From assembly GCA_002633005.1 (NCBI GenBank), contig NMRA01000025.1, positions 469,502 to 533,501 of the forward strand: a stretch of DNA of 64,000 nt, read 5' to 3'. Position numbers and translations under genes: made by a program. The notes under the pieces were generated by a model. The model was not told the DNA's origin. It saw only the letters and a list, made by a program, of their open reading frames with translations, and ran no database searches. Positions 1 through 14,907 of this stretch are shown here, one piece after another. This DNA comes from Phoronis australis. Its lineage: Eukaryota > Animalia > Phoronida. Numbering within the stretch: position 1 is the stretch's first letter; each line of letters begins with the position of its first letter.

Positions 1-1149
1 TTCATTCATCTTGTATTCTGAAGTGCTTAAAGTAAAACATCTGTGATTATTAGCATTAACCACACTTTTAATCGAGTTAACAATTACTCCCTCATCGGGG
101 CTCATAATGCACCGGAAGAGGTCAATTAGTGGAAAGGTCATCAAAAAATTAATATGTTATTTCTCCTACAATTTTAAAGAATTCCTTTTCATATTGGTAA
201 ACGGGTTGCTGTCAATAACTTCCCATAATAATTCCAGTAATACGCACGCGCAGAGTCCGTTATTGTCACGCCGTGACAATAATCATTCTAGAGTGGGAGA
301 CTATGATACACATGATACCCAATTACATCTAAATGGGGCAATACATAGGCCAAGGCAATACATAGGGCAATACATAAGGCAAAACCTGCTAAGATTTCCA
401 TGATGGCAATACATTACATGCTAACCTATATATAACTGGTTTCTACAAAACTCAGTGAAATTTGAGTTAATGTTCAAATCGTGTGGTTATGTGATTGCAT
501 TTGAATTAGACAGCCCCCATGTAGTTGAAATAAATGCCTTGCAGTACTTATTCAATACAGTAACGTGCTGGTAATCGCTCCGTGTCTAAAGTGAATTGCA
601 AAGTCATAAAGGTTCTGATTGATGTATATTTGGGTTCCAACGAAAGCTTTAATGTCGAACTATCTGATGAGTGGACTGCCACAGAACTGTGTTTTGTGGT
701 TTTACTGTATTTTGACTCTGAACTTTGTGAGTATCGATGAAAATTTTTGCTGCAATACCAATATCCTGCTGTGTACTCTTCCTGGTTGCCTATTCAAGGT
801 GCAGCATTCAGCTGAACGGAACTCAATAGGTGATAACCCACTGCATTGCTACTGCTATGTATTTGGGACAACTGCATTGTTTCCCGCATTGTGTCTATCC
901 ATGTTTCCAACCAGAGAAGCACCATGACAATGTAAATGACTGGCATGAGTCTTTTAATGTGGGAATTCCCCTAGTCACTGAATCTGCTACCAATAACAGT
1001 GAGGTTCTTTGCGGTCCTGAACAGAAAGATGACACAGTTGCAACCACGGAAACGTGGCTCAAACCAGACCACGCTCTCAATGGTTTCTCCGATTTTCTTA
1101 ATTTCAGAGAACATTAATGAATCAACCCCGTCAATCTCTGGCAGTATCC

Positions 1150-4100
1150 TGAGTGACCATGGTCCCGATATTCTATCTGATTTAAAATACACCAAAGGTC
1201 TCCATATTGGACACTAATATAGTGTCACTGACTGACCGAATTGATGATCTGCGTTTAATTATGAGTCAAAAACCCATCGATATGTTTTGCTTGAATGAAA
1301 CATGGCTCTCTTCTATCATCGATGATTCTGAGATCGCCATCGACGGCTTTGAATTGAATAGGAACGACCGTAACAGGAAAGGTGGTGGTGTTGCCATCTA
1401 CACGAAAGAAGGACTAACTAGCCGTCAGCTCCAGCACCATGACGAACAGGTGCAGTCGCTCTGGGTTGAGATTGATATTCCTTAATCGAAGAATTTGATT
1501 ATTGGATAAGTCTACAGACCACCCTCTGCGAACGCAAAATACACAGAAAAAATGACTGATCATTTAAAAAGTATTGTTCATAATCAAGCTCACACTAACA
1601 AAGATTTTATTGTTACTGGTGATTTTAATCATGATGCTTTGTGTAAGAAGACAGTGGGTAAGATTAAGGCATGGGAACGAGAGTTGGGTAAGCAGATTAT
1701 TATTAATGTGCCCACAAGGGTTACCGACAAAACTTCCACATGCCTTGATCTTATTCTTGTATCAAACGTTGACAAAGTTTTTACATTTGATAGTATACCC
1801 ATTGGGATTAGTGATCATAATCTTGTATTCACAGCGTATAAGACTTGTCGCCCTAGGTTTCCGCCACGTATCATTACTAAGCGTTCATATCGCACCTTCG
1901 ATAACGAAGACTTTCTCAGAGATCTACAGGCGATTGATTAGGGCGCCGCTACCACCGCTGTTGACCCCGATGCCGCTTGGCGACTTTCAAGCAAGGTTTC
2001 ATTAGAGTAATTAATAATCATGCCCCCGTAATCCAATTGAAATTAAAGTGCAAATCACCCGAGTGGTATAATGATAACCTCATAGCTCTCTCTCGCAAGA
2101 GAGAATACCTAAAGCGAATAGCTCAGCGTACTCGAAATTCATCTGACTGGGGTATCTTTAAGAAAGCTATAAATAAGGTAAACAATGCTCTTAAACGGGC
2201 TAAGGCTGAGTATTACGACCAAGTTATTAATGAAAACAAATCTAACGGAAAAACTCTCTGGAAAATCATAAATCAATTTTACCTAACAAGTCTAAATCTG
2301 TCGCAAATGAATTTCTAATTGGAAACGATGTTGTTTCGGACAAAAGTAAAATAGCAAATGCATTTAATGACTTTTTTACTGGCATTGGCCAAAAACTTGC
2401 TGAGAATTTCAGTATGTCAACTATTGAGCTCCCGCCCAAGATACAAGAGGGAATATCATTTAAGTTTCAAGACATTCAAGTTGACTACGTCCGAGAACAA
2501 ATAAAAACTCTGAACTCTAGTAGTTCCAGTGGCATCGATAGCATTGATATCAAACTATTAAAACTGGTGTCTCAACAAATAGCTGAGCCCCTTACCAATA
2601 TCATGAATTTAAGTTTAAAAACGGCCACAATTCCTTGAGAATGGAAGATGTCAGTTGTTACTCCTGTTTCTAAAGATGGTGAAAAGTCAAGTTGCGAAAA
2701 TTATAGACCAATATCGGTCCTCCCTGCAGTGTCCAAAATTCTTGAAAGGTGTGTTCAAAAGCAGCTTCACCAATTCCTGGAACAAAATTCTCTTCTCTCG
2801 GCAGCACAGTCTGGTTTCCGCCCCTTGCATTCCACTCTTACTACAAACATTCATGCTGCTGAGTTTATCTTTAATAATATGGATCAGGGGAGGCTTACTG
2901 GTGCTATCTTTGTTGACCTTAAGAAAGCCTTTGGCACTGTGGACCATGGTATCCTATTGCAGAAACTAGAGTCTTATGGAGTTAATGATAACGAACTCCT
3001 TTGGTTTAGAAACTACTTATACGACCGTAAACAGGCCACCAAATACGGTGTTATACTTTCTGACTACTCAACCGTAATCACGGTTCCATTTTGGGCCCTC
3101 TATTATTCACTATAATTGTGAACGACCTCCCTACTGGCCTCCACAACAGTGTCCCAGTTTTATACGCTGATGACACTGCAATTATGTCCACAGATGGATC
3201 AGTAAAAGAACTCGAAACTTCTGTCAACGATGAGCTAGCCCTTATCCATGACTGACTGATTCAAAATAAACTCACTCTTAACGTAAGTAAAACCAAGTCG
3301 ATGCTGTTTGGAGCCCACCAGAAATTAAAACAACAAAAACTATCCCTTTCTATCAGCAGTTCTCCCATCGAGAATGTTGACATGTTTAAGTACTTGGGCC
3401 TTATTTTAGATCCCAATCTTAAATTTAATATGCACATAGATCATATCACAAAGAAATTACCAAAGAAAATCGGTGTACTTAAACGTCTAGGCAAATTTCT
3501 TAATGTCAGTACTCTTAAGACCCTTTACCATTCTATTATTCAGCCTCATATTGATTATTGTTTACCGGTTTGGGGGCACACTAGTGACACAATTGTCGGC
3601 AAAGTCCAAGTAATCCAAAATAGAGTCGCCAGGGCTACCCTGGGTACTAGAATTAGGGACACTAGGGTTGACGACTTGTATTCCAAGCTGGGATTTATGA
3701 AAGTAAGACAAAGAAACAAATATCTCTCTGCCTATTGTATGTACAGATGTATCAATGGCTTGGCTCCAGCATATCTCAGCAGTAGATTCAATAGCAGTCA
3801 GGCTGTATATTCTACACATTCTTCTGTTGTTGGCAATGTTTCTTCTAAAAAAATTAAAACCGAGTGCAGCTGCTATAATATGGAATTCTCTTAGCCCAGA
3901 AATTAAACGGTCCAATTCAATCAATTTTCTTAAAATAAATATTAAAAAGTGGCTGTAATTTACCTAACCTTTTATACCCTGCCTGTCTTAATCATGTCAT
4001 TTTTTCATTGTCGTAAATACTCTCACTGTCTAGAGTCATCTCTTAATTTATTTCATCTGTCTTGGTTAAATTTTTACTATTATTCGTCATTTAGTTAATG

Positions 4101-4283
4101 TCTTGATTCTTAACCTGTTATAATTGTGTCTTTGTTACGTATACTTCATTGTTGTTTTATTACTTCATTGTATTACATTACTATTTTTCTTTATGAGGGC
4201 CCTGTTGGAAAGCAGTGCTATCACTGAAGAGGCCACCCTCATTTTAAATATCACAATAATAAATAAGTAATAAATAAATAAAT
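1150..4283 (+). mobile_element. Decayed CR1/L2-clade LINE: ORF2 (APE endonuclease + reverse transcriptase), 3' UTR and (TAAA)n tail; 5' boundary approximate
   Basis: Consecutive broken ORFs carry APE motifs (FCLNETWL, GGGVAIY, GDFN, SDH) and RT motifs (NYRPISVLP, QSGFR, DLKKAF, YADD at ~3163, KYLG). In-frame stops and frameshifts are present. The element ends in a GC hairpin (~4195-4240) and TAAA repeats (~4256-4283). Confidence 0.93.
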
Positions 4284-5465
4284 GATAAAATGGCTTCATG
4301 TGACCATTCAATACTAATTTTAAGTGTGAAGAGTACCAGTTTGCGCCAATGGGTCCGTTTCTGCTTCTGCGAGCGTCGTCAGTGGTTATGCACTTAACCC
4401 CGACAAACTAGTGCATGTAAATTCTGCAGAATGGCGCCTGTTCGATGCAATTGATAACAAATAACGTGCATGGAAATGTGTATTTTAGTGCTTTTCTGTG
4501 CAATTGGTTTCTAGGTTATTGGCATGAGGGCATGCGCAGTAACAACTCCTCGCATGATCTTGATAATGGTGGTGAAGACATGTAGGCCTATGATGGTGAT
4601 GATGAGCATTGCATGTCTACTTCGTGGCATTTGGAATGAACTAGTCAAATGCTAAGACGACGACGTAGTGGTATGCAAGTTGTATAATAAAGTTGAACTT
4701 TCAGAAAAAAGTGCATCTGTATATCACTTGATAAGTGCACCAAACAGTCTTAAATTTTGGAATTGAAGTTTGTTTATATGTACAATCCGTATACTAGTGT
4801 CTAGCTCAAAATTCATGGTTGGATTAAGTGTCTTATGATTTGCTGATTGAATGCTAAACAAAAGTTGTGCCTGTTACTGAAATTTGGTCTTACACATGAT
4901 TGTGCACTGAAGTTGAAACGTAAATTTTTGAAAAAATATTTCGAAAATCTGATATTATCTTTCTTTCAATCGACCCAATCCGATACATTATGAGCCATAA
5001 CAGAAGAATATCGGCAAATATAAACAAAACGTAGAATGAGAGACGTCTAGCGGTTGATGCACTAGAATACAAGTTGAATCAGAAAAGTAAAGTCGAAATT
5101 CCAAAGAATAAATGCACCTGATGATCCCATAAGGGCATCAAATGAACTCAAATTTGGAATCGAAAATGATTTTCGCGTAGTGGTCACATGTCTACATTTG
5201 CTCAACATTAATTTTTGCTCTCAGTGACCTTGGGTATCATATAAATTCTGATTGGATACTGAACTGGATCGGTTTGAGAAGTGGCGCGTTTAATTGGCAC
5301 GGCAATTTGCACGTGAGCAGTGAAGTTGAAAAGCAAACTTATAATTGTAAGCGAAGTTACATTTTCAAATTCTAATGACGCTTTTGCCAAATGGCAACTC
5401 CCGGTTACGGTGGCCCGAAAGTATCATCGCTATTTTAGTTTATTATTTTTTTATTTTTCCTTTTC

Positions 5466-5815
5466 CACCTAGGATGAAATATTTCAACCTAGGTGGAAAT
5501 TATTTAAACCTAGGTGGAAATTATTTTCACACTGGTGGAAAATATTTCAACCTAGGTGGAAATTATTTTCACCCGGGTGGAAACTATTTCAACCTAGGTG
5601 GAAATTATTTCAACCTAGGTGAAAATTATTTTCACCCGGGTGGAAATTATTTTCACCTGGGTGGAAACTATTTCAGCCTAGGTGGAAATTATTTCAACCT
5701 AGGTGGAAATTATTTTCACCTGGGTGGAAACTATTTCAACCTAGGTGGAAATTATTTTCACCCGGGTGGAAACTATTTCAACCTAGGTGGAACTTATTTT
5801 AACCCGGGTGGAAAC
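5466..5815. repeat. 21-bp minisatellite (consensus ~CCTAGGTGGAAATTATTTCAA), about 16 copies
   Basis: Direct tandem repeats that run into a single N. They generate the spurious (NLGGNYF)n ORF. Confidence 0.95.
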
Positions 5816-7967
5816 NCTAATGACGCTTTTGCCAAATGGCAACTCCCGGTACATTTTAGAACACAGAAACACAGCATTTTAAATGTTATGTAATTTGAAT
5901 GGCGTGTGAATTTCAAAAATTGTTCTTTAATCGTTTAGGCCCATCGAGGTCTAAAGCAAGCCAGAATATGATTATAACCGTAGAGCAAATGTACTATGCA
6001 AAGGTACGCGCAGAGTCATCATTGTAGCCTATGAAAACTGCCGTTAATGTTTTAAGAACATTATTTAAATGGTTACTAAATAAAACCAATGCAATGTTTT
6101 ATGCATGCCAATCTACTTAATAGGAAGACATTCAGAGTAGTCAACTGTCAAAACAGTGAACCTTCGGAGTTGGTATGTTACCAAATAAGCAAAGCCCCTT
6201 TGATTGCACTCACGCTAAATCTTGTGAGACCTTTTGTGTTTCTAGTCATGCGCATTAGGAATGTGAAACGACTATCAAATTAGAATAATACTAAAAGCAT
6301 TAAACCATCCAGTGACACTAACGATTTTCGATTAAATAACGCGCAATATAGTCACTGCGCTACAGAAGATAATTTCCGTCTTACTTGAATATATGTAATA
6401 ATTAGTGTCCATGACGTAGGATTTTAAATTACATGTACATATATAATGCGTTTGTTTATTAAACGAGTGAACAAGAGTCAATACAGGCGAGCTTTGGCGA
6501 CCATTACGCAAATTCATGCTTTAAGACTAAAAAATCTCATTTTGGCGATTCTTTTTCGATGGGAACGATTTTTTGAAGTCACAAGCTTTGATCAAGGTAT
6601 AAAACAAAAAAATTGTGTTGTGTTTTTGTGGTTGTATTACAAATCGTCAATTCTCGCAGATGTCTACCAAGGATTCGATGAAATCAAGCCTGGTGACTTA
6701 ATAAAAGTGTTTGGGCATCTGGCCAGTGTCACTTAGTTGCGCTAGCAGTTAGTGGCCGCGGCGCTTCAGGCTCTAATCCGTGGTCAGACTGGGTTGAGTT
6801 CCGTAGACGCAAGAATCTCGCCATCTAAGTTAGTGCGCTCACTTGAAGCCATGCTGGACGCACTGCTGAAAAGTCAATTTGCCGAGTCCTGTCTCGTGCA
6901 ACGATAAGCTGCCAGCTCAGTTCCAGTGAAAATATCACCTGCGATTTGAAACCAACTGCAAAACGATAAGTGGTGCAAATCAAAAGTTGTTTCTGTAAAG
7001 AAAGGCGATTCATAGCCGCTTTAAATGATTCAGTGTTACATGTATGCATAGTTTGCACAAAGACTATCGGGTTGAGTTTTACTGTGGAGCCAATTTCAAG
7101 TACCCTAATAAAAACTCTTGACATCACTTCCGCCTTATGACCGTAAAGGTTCTTGTCACGTGTCACATCTGACATGCGCTTATGTAAGACCTTATCGACA
7201 AGTCTGCAATTAAGAAAATATCTAGAAAAGTGTAAATTTTAACTCAGTGAAAGTATATATTTTCTGGAAGTAGAAAAACGCAAAATTTTGTTTTTGACTT
7301 TTTATCAAACTTTCTTTACTTGGGTCACGTGGCCATGTCTTTTTAGTAATATTTATCAAAGAATGAAAAGTACATTGATAATAAAACAACGATATCAATC
7401 ACATAATCAATGTTCAAGGTGAGATTTCAAAGACCCTGTTACTGTTTTCTAAAATTTCATTTCGTTTTATCGTTTTTGAAATATTTTCATAAAACCCATC
7501 ACAGTGTTATTTTTATAGCTTCTCAAGAAAAGTGAAACATTGTTAAAATAATTCCTATCAGCTTTTTTAAGACTAATGCCAAAAGCATTAGATTCAAATT
7601 AATATGAATCCAATCATCCGTTTCCGAGATATGATGGTCTGAATTTTCCCAAATTTGGTTGAAAAAATTATGTGCTTTTATTTGGTGTTTCTAATATGAC
7701 ATTAGTGAATTAAAAAAAACATCAATATCATATCAAAAACACAAAAATTCAACAACACCAGTCGATCAGCTGTCAAACTAGAACACTTGCAAACTTTATT
7801 TGACGAGATGTCAATTAGCTGATCTCGAGTTATGAGCATTTAATGGTTGATACATATTACGTAGAATTGGGACAACCAATCACGGCATTAGTCCTCCTCC
7901 ATTGTTTTAACTGTGTCATCACAATTTATCGCTCGTTTTTTGGCGATTTGATGCGCAGTAATGAATA

Positions 7968-8110
7968 GTGAGGTACTGCGTTTGTCGTGCTTGTGGCAAC
8001 TCAGTATTTGAGCACGCTTTGGCTCCTTTCCGCGCTCTCTCGCAGGATACCAGAGAAGAGAATATATGGCTCAAATTTGTAAAAGAAACCGGCGTGTCAG
8101 TAGACATGAC
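7968..8110 (+). pseudogene. Possible THAP zinc-finger remnant of a DNA transposon
   Basis: RYCVCRACGN...F...WLKFVK resembles a THAP N-terminal half (C-x-C, W). The C-terminal C/H residues are not found. Confidence 0.3.
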
Positions 8111-9828
8111 ACATTGGCGCTGGAGACGTTCACACGTCCGTAGAGCCAAGAGACTCTCGCGTTGTCAAACGGGCCAAATTGTGAGAGGCAGTCAGGTGAG
8201 CATCTAATTATTGTCTTCAGCTACGTTTGATGACTAATTGAAAGTGAAACACTACGCTCACTGGATAATGAGGTGGTTGAAAACCAGATCCTTTAAATCC
8301 TCTTCAAAACATATATTTGCTGTGAATAGTTTCTACCATTTAACTTTATATTTTTATCAATCCTAATTAAAACTTGTCAAGCAGGATTTGTTGTCGGACT
8401 GCCATGCTGTCACTCGATCGATCAACAGTTAACTACACTTAGTCAACGGTGAGCAATTTGATTAGGACTTTCTAAAGTGATAAAATAAACATGAAAATTT
8501 GTTCTGAGTAAACTTAGTTAACTTTGGCAAACTTGATGATGAGATTCAATTGTTTCACTGTTCTTCAGATCATTGATTTTTAAAGTGTTCAACTTTTTAA
8601 GGGTCATTGTGAATAATTGAAAAGCTGCAACAAGCAACAAGTAGAAAACTGGACCACAAATTTTGAGACTTCCGCTTGACTAATTATATCAAAAGAAATT
8701 TGGTCACATGATACCATTTAGCTGCAAATGTTATTTTCTTTTATGTTCATCTTAAAGTCACGTGACACTATCATAGTCAAAATTATATTGTACAGGCTTT
8801 CTTCTCAGAAGATATATACGCTTACAGTCTTAAATTCTCCAGTTTATGGATACCGTAAAACTTAATAGAAACTAATATCAGCCGGTCTCCAGTAGCGGGC
8901 AGGTAATTAGAAACGATGATTAACAATCAACAGGTCTCCAAGAATAGCCGCCTGGTCTCCACTATTAGTAAAATCCTGTAAGGTCAACACACGACTTTAG
9001 AGCTGACGATTCACAAAGGCGATTATGTCTGTTTGTCTAGTTGTTTAGGCCTGGTAATTAATAAACTCCGAATCTCCGCTAAACGCCGATAGAGGCCAGG
9101 TCTAACGTTCGTACTCTGAAAATCATAAAATACATATAACACCTTATCGACAAATTTGTATATTTAACCCACTACGCAAAAAGACAATAAATTTAAACTC
9201 AGTGAAAAAATATATGCTAGTAGAATGCCTTTAGAATTTCTTTATTGACTGTTTAACAGTATGGTATTAACTGTAAATCAAGGAATCCACGTGCTAAATG
9301 ACACACCAGCCATTTCTGAGATAGTAAATTCCAAATTTAGCCAAATTTGATCATTTTCCTGGGTCGCATATACGTTGTATTGTTAACAAACGGACTTCTT
9401 GAAGAAACTTGGTGGTAGTTGGCCAAATGCACAAATGTTCTCAGACAATTCTTGCTAACAAATGCAATACAAAAAGCTATGGTAACAAATAACAGAGACA
9501 AATGTACAGTTTTAAGAATGAGTATCGATATACATTGGTTGCACACCCGTACTGTACATGAAAATTTGACTACGTCTAGTTTTAGTTCTTGCCCGTTAGC
9601 CCTTCATACGCAAGCCAGGACTGAGCTCGCTCTGAATACTATGTAACTAATTAGGTATAAGTGGGCGAGTTCGATTGGTGGGAAAATACATAACACGAGT
9701 ATTCCTTCCAGTAATCGTTATCCATGCTACTGAATTGATTGACGCCGACGTCACACTGAGGCGCTTTAAAGGTACGTACTTTTCAACATTGATTTTTGTG
9801 TATCTAATGCATTGCACGCACTTTGTAA

Positions 9829-10144
9829 ATGGACATCATGAGAATACATAGCTTTGTACTTGCTATGTTTCTTCATCATTTTCTGGGGAAACCATTTTGC
9901 CATTGCATGCAGAGTTATTTCGAAACGCTAGTTGGACACCAAGGGCAAAAATATTCACTGAACACGTCGAAAAGCTATAGCACCGACAGCAAATCCATCT
10001 GTTCTCAACTGTGCCTCTTGCAGTTTCAAGGAAATTGCACGTTCTTTAGCCTCAACAAAGAAGCAAAAACGTGTCAAATTTTCTCGGAGAAATGGAAGAA
10101 TTCCCTTGCAGTGCCTTCTCAGTCCTGGTCCATCACACATAAAG
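9829..10144 (+). CDS. Exon 1 of a secreted PAN/apple-domain protein (signal peptide + PAN)
   Basis: ATG at 9829, hydrophobic N-terminus, PAN-like cysteine spacing C-x3-C-x7-C..F....C (ICSQLCLLQFQGNCTFFSLNKEAKTCQI), and a strong donor AAG|GTAAGA at 10144/10145 (phase 1). Confidence 0.75.
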
Positions 10145-10793
10145 GTAAGATTCAAAAACTTCCTGATTTAATTGCATAAAAATATCGCACATGTTTATTC
10201 AAACTAAGCTTAATAACTACATGTTTGGTGGTGATCATACATACTAGATTGTTGCGCTTGTTTTTTTAGATCATCGACACTTGTCAAACTTTTAAACTGG
10301 AAGAAAGTTCTTCTCATCACACAGTAAATTATGTAAGGGCAAATCTGTTGGCATTTTAGACGTATTCAGATATTTCAAATTTTCGTTAAAATTGGTGCTC
10401 GTTGCACCAGGTGCACTGTTTCTATCGTTTCTTGTGTTGTCGTTATTCCACGCAGCAAGAAGTTATTGTTTAATGGGATATCGTTTAGTAGCCAACAAAA
10501 ATGCATTTGTGGGATTGCATGCTGCAACTTCTTGAACTTGTTACCTTTCACCAGCAGCTATAAAACAATACAGTCCGTTGAGCTTTTTGTGCGTTGAGTA
10601 CAAATCACCAGGGTCTCGTCGTTGTCTGCACACATTGGCTAAAGACAATGCCCCTGTCTTACATTCTTAAACCTTAAACTACTTTGCTATGTTCGTGGGA
10701 TGTGACTCAGCTGTAGTAAGAGCGTCCAGCTACTATTGCGGGGTAAGTGGTTTCGATTCCGAGCTGCTGTTTGTTTCTGAAAAACGACTTTTC

Positions 10794-10896
10794 TCGCCTA
10801 GACTGTCCCGTTAAATCAGCACCATCCTTGTCATTGTAGCATCACTCGCCTAGACTGTCCCGTTAAATCAACACCATCCTTGTCATTGTAGCATCA
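10794..10896. repeat. 52-bp tandem duplication
   Basis: ctcgcctagactgtcccgttaaatca(g/a)caccatccttgtcattgtagcatca occurs twice in tandem. Confidence 0.9.
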
Positions 10897-13800
10897 AAAA
10901 TGTCTTTGTTACCACTATCGTCACATACATTACTATCGTGATTACTTGGCGGAATTCTTTGAATTCCGACAAGTATGTTGCTCTGTCGTCAAGTTTTTTT
11001 TTGTTTGCACTGTACAGGTCGCAATTCTCTTCTGATTCTCACGCAATTTGCACACGACGTGTGCATTGGAAAGTCCTGGAAGCCTATTGTTTTTAGTCAC
11101 GATCAGATTCAAAATGGCGGACGTGGTGGCCATTTTGTTTCCGATTTCACATTCAAATGCTCATAGAGGCCGCATTTTTTGACGTACAGAGCTGAAACTT
11201 GATACGATTATTGTAAAATACATGTGCTACAACTATCTTGAAAAACGTTGACTTCCAATTAAAGATAGCGGAAATATTGACAATGGCGCATGCGCACCGC
11301 AATATCTGGTGTCGCATTTTTAACGGGAAGAGCAAATGACGTGAATTTTTGCATGTGGATTCCTTGAAGTAGGCTCTTTCAAAAGTTCTGGGATAACGTT
11401 TTTTCAAGCTTACCGTTTTCGAGTTATTTGACTTTGAATTTAAAAAAAACGCAAAATTTCAATTTTTTCGAATGGAATTTTGCGAAACTATCAATCTAGA
11501 TAGAATTTTGGACGGGCTTTCAGAAGATATTTCCATTTTTCGCTACGACGTCTACTTTTTGAATTATTCGAAATTTTCTGATAACGCTGTTCCTGTGTTG
11601 ACAGCTCTTGCTGCCCTGGTGTTGGTTTAGCTTCTGTTGAACAGGACCATGAAGACATTGCTCATAGAAGCCTCATATTTCGACGTGCAGGGCTGAAAAT
11701 TGGTACGATTATTATAGCTTACAAGCACTACAACTGCGCCGTAAATCTTTAACTTCCGGTCAAAGACGGCGGAAATATCGGCAATGGCGCATGCGATAAC
11801 TGGCCGAAAACGTTTTGCCTATTGTCGCTCAAGACTGTAGGTAGCATTAAACAGTCAGGCCGCGGCCACGGAGCATTTTCTAGTCCCTAGAATTTAAGTT
11901 GAGGGCTTGTGTCAGGTTTGGCGGGTGGTTTGTGGAAATTGTTGACAACAATTGCCAGGAAATTTATTTACTTGTGTTTTGAATGAGAAAAGCCAAGTTT
12001 TACCTACTTTTGATGCAAACTGGTGGCTGTCATTTGCTATCAACCTTTGTCGTCTGCTGTTCGAGAAACTGGGTGCGATTTCAGGTGGCTGTCAGACAGA
12101 TCAAATTTGCCAAAAAAGTAGCTGGTAAGAGGCTTAGTTAGAATCTAGTGAGGACGAGCATTCTGAATCTGTAGTCAGACTTTTTCTAGGACTTGCAGGG
12201 AAGTGGTTATTTCGGGGAGAAAGTTGTCAAATTTGGCATTTTTTTTGCAAATAGTTTTCTGTGCCGGGATTTTCTTGCCATGTATATTAACCGATCAGAA
12301 ATCTGTACAGTTCGATAGACTTTTAAACGGGCTTTCATAAAATATTTTTCATTTCTCGCCAGTCGTCATGATCGTCGTCGTCGTCCTCCCCATCGTCCTG
12401 TTTTCGCGTAATTTCGCCAAGTGTCGCTCCTCCGAGCGCTCTCGCACTGTTGCCAGTTTACCGGGTGCGTGAACAAGACTGCAGGCTATTTCTTACTGAT
12501 TTGTTCGCTAGTCACATGAATATTACCGCGTTGTTCATAATCTTCGCCTTCATCGTCATGAAAGTCGTCGTCGTCCTCCCCATCTTCCTGTTTTCACGTA
12601 ATTTCGCCGAGCGCTCTCGTCTTTATCGTCACCTTGACACCTGCCTAAAAACTGATGTGTTCTACAGTATGTGTGTGGAGGCATTGTCGTGTCTTAAAAT
12701 TAAACATCCATTTAGACCACTGATTGGTCTCAAATTGTTTTGTATTCAGATGAGAAATGGTGTTTGGTATCGCAAACGTCTGACAGTTCGTTATTCGCTT
12801 CGACAACGGTTTATCTAATCCAAGAAATCAACTCTGTTTACTAAGGAATAATTTTAGACCCATTTCCACAGGGGTGGAATTCTAAAATCGATTTTTTAAG
12901 GAAGCCATGTTAATAGCCGATTTAAAAACGTTGTTAGTGTGATGCTTATTTGATGCAAAGTTCGTCCGTTTCTGTGTGACGTTGATGTACATTACTAAAC
13001 TAGTATCAGCATTTGCAACAAATTTCCTGGGTTTACCATATTTTGGAATAAACTAAAATATTTTAGGCTATCCCGTCAAACTCCGAGGCTAGTATGCGGA
13101 TTGTCACAGAAATCTTGCCATTCGTCGCTATCGCATCACCCGTTCATTGTATTCATTCAAAATATATCTTAAATCGTCGAGTTTTCACACTTTGAACTAA
13201 GAACTACCTCTCGTTTCCACTCGCACATACATGTATTCTCAAGAATGTATATGCGTCAACTTGCCTGGCCCTTTAGGTTATTTCAACCTTTCTCGACTTT
13301 AAGTAAAGCAAAGCTTTGCAAGCTTTCAATTGTGAACAAGATCAGATAAAATCTGTATTTGAAACAGATCATCAATTTTTGTATCATTAATTCCCACAAA
13401 CACGACACACTGCCTATTTTAGAGACAGCTTGAAAGACTTCGGCATTGTACATTGTAGGTGTGTGTTATATAACTTTAAATACATTTCAACTAAAAGAAA
13501 AGAACGGTGTAATCATGGGGTATCCCGCTGGCCGCTACACTATTGCTGAACCTAGCTAGAAAGCAAGACTTCGCGAGATTACGCGAAATATTGCCGTGCA
13601 TTTTGTTTTAAAACACGTGATTTTGACCAGATTTTTCTAGCTGCAAGACAGCTCCTGAACTCATTGTCTCGAGCTTTCAAGTTTCCAGCTTGTTGCCTTT
13701 ACTGCATTCCACGTTAACAGAGCATAGCGCGTGCATTAAAATTTTGACAATAACGTGCTGACTTTCCCTTTGGTGACTTGGCCGAACTTCTCTCTGAGTT

Positions 13801-14907
13801 TTAGTGCAGTGAAAGAAGGATGTTGTGAAGCCAATACTCAGCTCTTATTCGCCGTTTTATGTGTAGAGATAAATGTGTTCGCGCAATTGAAATTTTGAAG
13901 TGAGCAGGTTAATATTTGACGTGCAATTCGAGTGTCATGTGAATGGCACTTGCTTGTTCATTTTCACTGTTCGGACTATCAACCCAGATTAAGGGTTGCT
14001 TTACGACTAGATGTATAATTGTTGAGTCGTTATGAGTTAGAGTGATACGATTGGTTAAATAGAATGTTGCCTGGAAACGGGTTTCCTTCAAGTTTTAAAA
14101 AATGTCAAGGAGCTTTAGTACGTTTAAAAAAATAAAATGCACGATTTTTCGTTTGAATATGGTGTGCACTGAAGTTAGCGAATGGTCACAGTGGAGAAAG
14201 AAAGTTTAATATTCAATGCATATGCCTGTATGGTCCATAAATAGGCATGGAGCGCGAAATCTCGACAAAAATATCTTATAAACATTTCTTGACGAAAGTA
14301 CAATCGTGCAACATTTACTGCAGAGTTATTTACTTTTCTTTTGAGATAATTTCTAGGAAAAACTAACAAAATTCACAGTTTTTGAAGTACGTGCGAAGGC
14401 CTGAAAAGCTCCAAATGTCACCACAGAATTTCTAATTTTCCTCCAACTTACGATAAATGCGCGCATGCGCTCAAAATAATTCGACAAACAGCTGACTCGC
14501 AAGATGGATGTTAAAGGCAGAATATCAGGTGTGATTGCACTTCCTGCCAAATCTGAGGTCGACAGCACAGTGTGAGGCAAGACCGTGAGGCAGGCGATTT
14601 CCCAAACGGAATTCCGAGTACATTTAGAATGCATTTGAATACTACGATACCTATATAACTAATTTTAAGCAGTTAGCCTGCCTCTTAATCGTACTGGCTG
14701 CTTGAAGTCCCCATTGTTTTGTTTACATCAAAGGACAAAGTTGACATTTTCCATATAAAGGGAAATTTGCTGTCTGTGTCTTGCCATAACAAATAAGGAG
14801 ACGTAGTTTGCCTTGTGGTCACTTTTTGAAATTTGAAACAAAAAGAAAAATGTTTTGTCATCAACAGAATTTCAAAATATTTACGAGGTTTGTTTTTTTG
14901 ATTTCAG

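Noticed and set aside
4195-4240. CTGAAGAG in a hairpin as a possible hammerhead
   Set aside because: There is no stem II followed by GAAA. It is the LINE 3' terminal stem-loop.
5375-5893. 172-aa (NLGGNYF)n repeat protein or neuropeptide-like ORF
   Set aside because: It is the translation of a 21-bp minisatellite that crosses an N, with no dibasic cleavage sites or splice support.
10704-10765. tRNA-like A/B-box sequence (similar at ~19488-19540 and ~6737-6803)
   Set aside because: No complete cloverleaf can be drawn. At most these are decayed SINE heads.
10940-13330. Internally repetitive non-coding stretch with short ORFs
   Set aside because: Probably an unclassified interspersed repeat. 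I found no termini or protein motifs that I can support.
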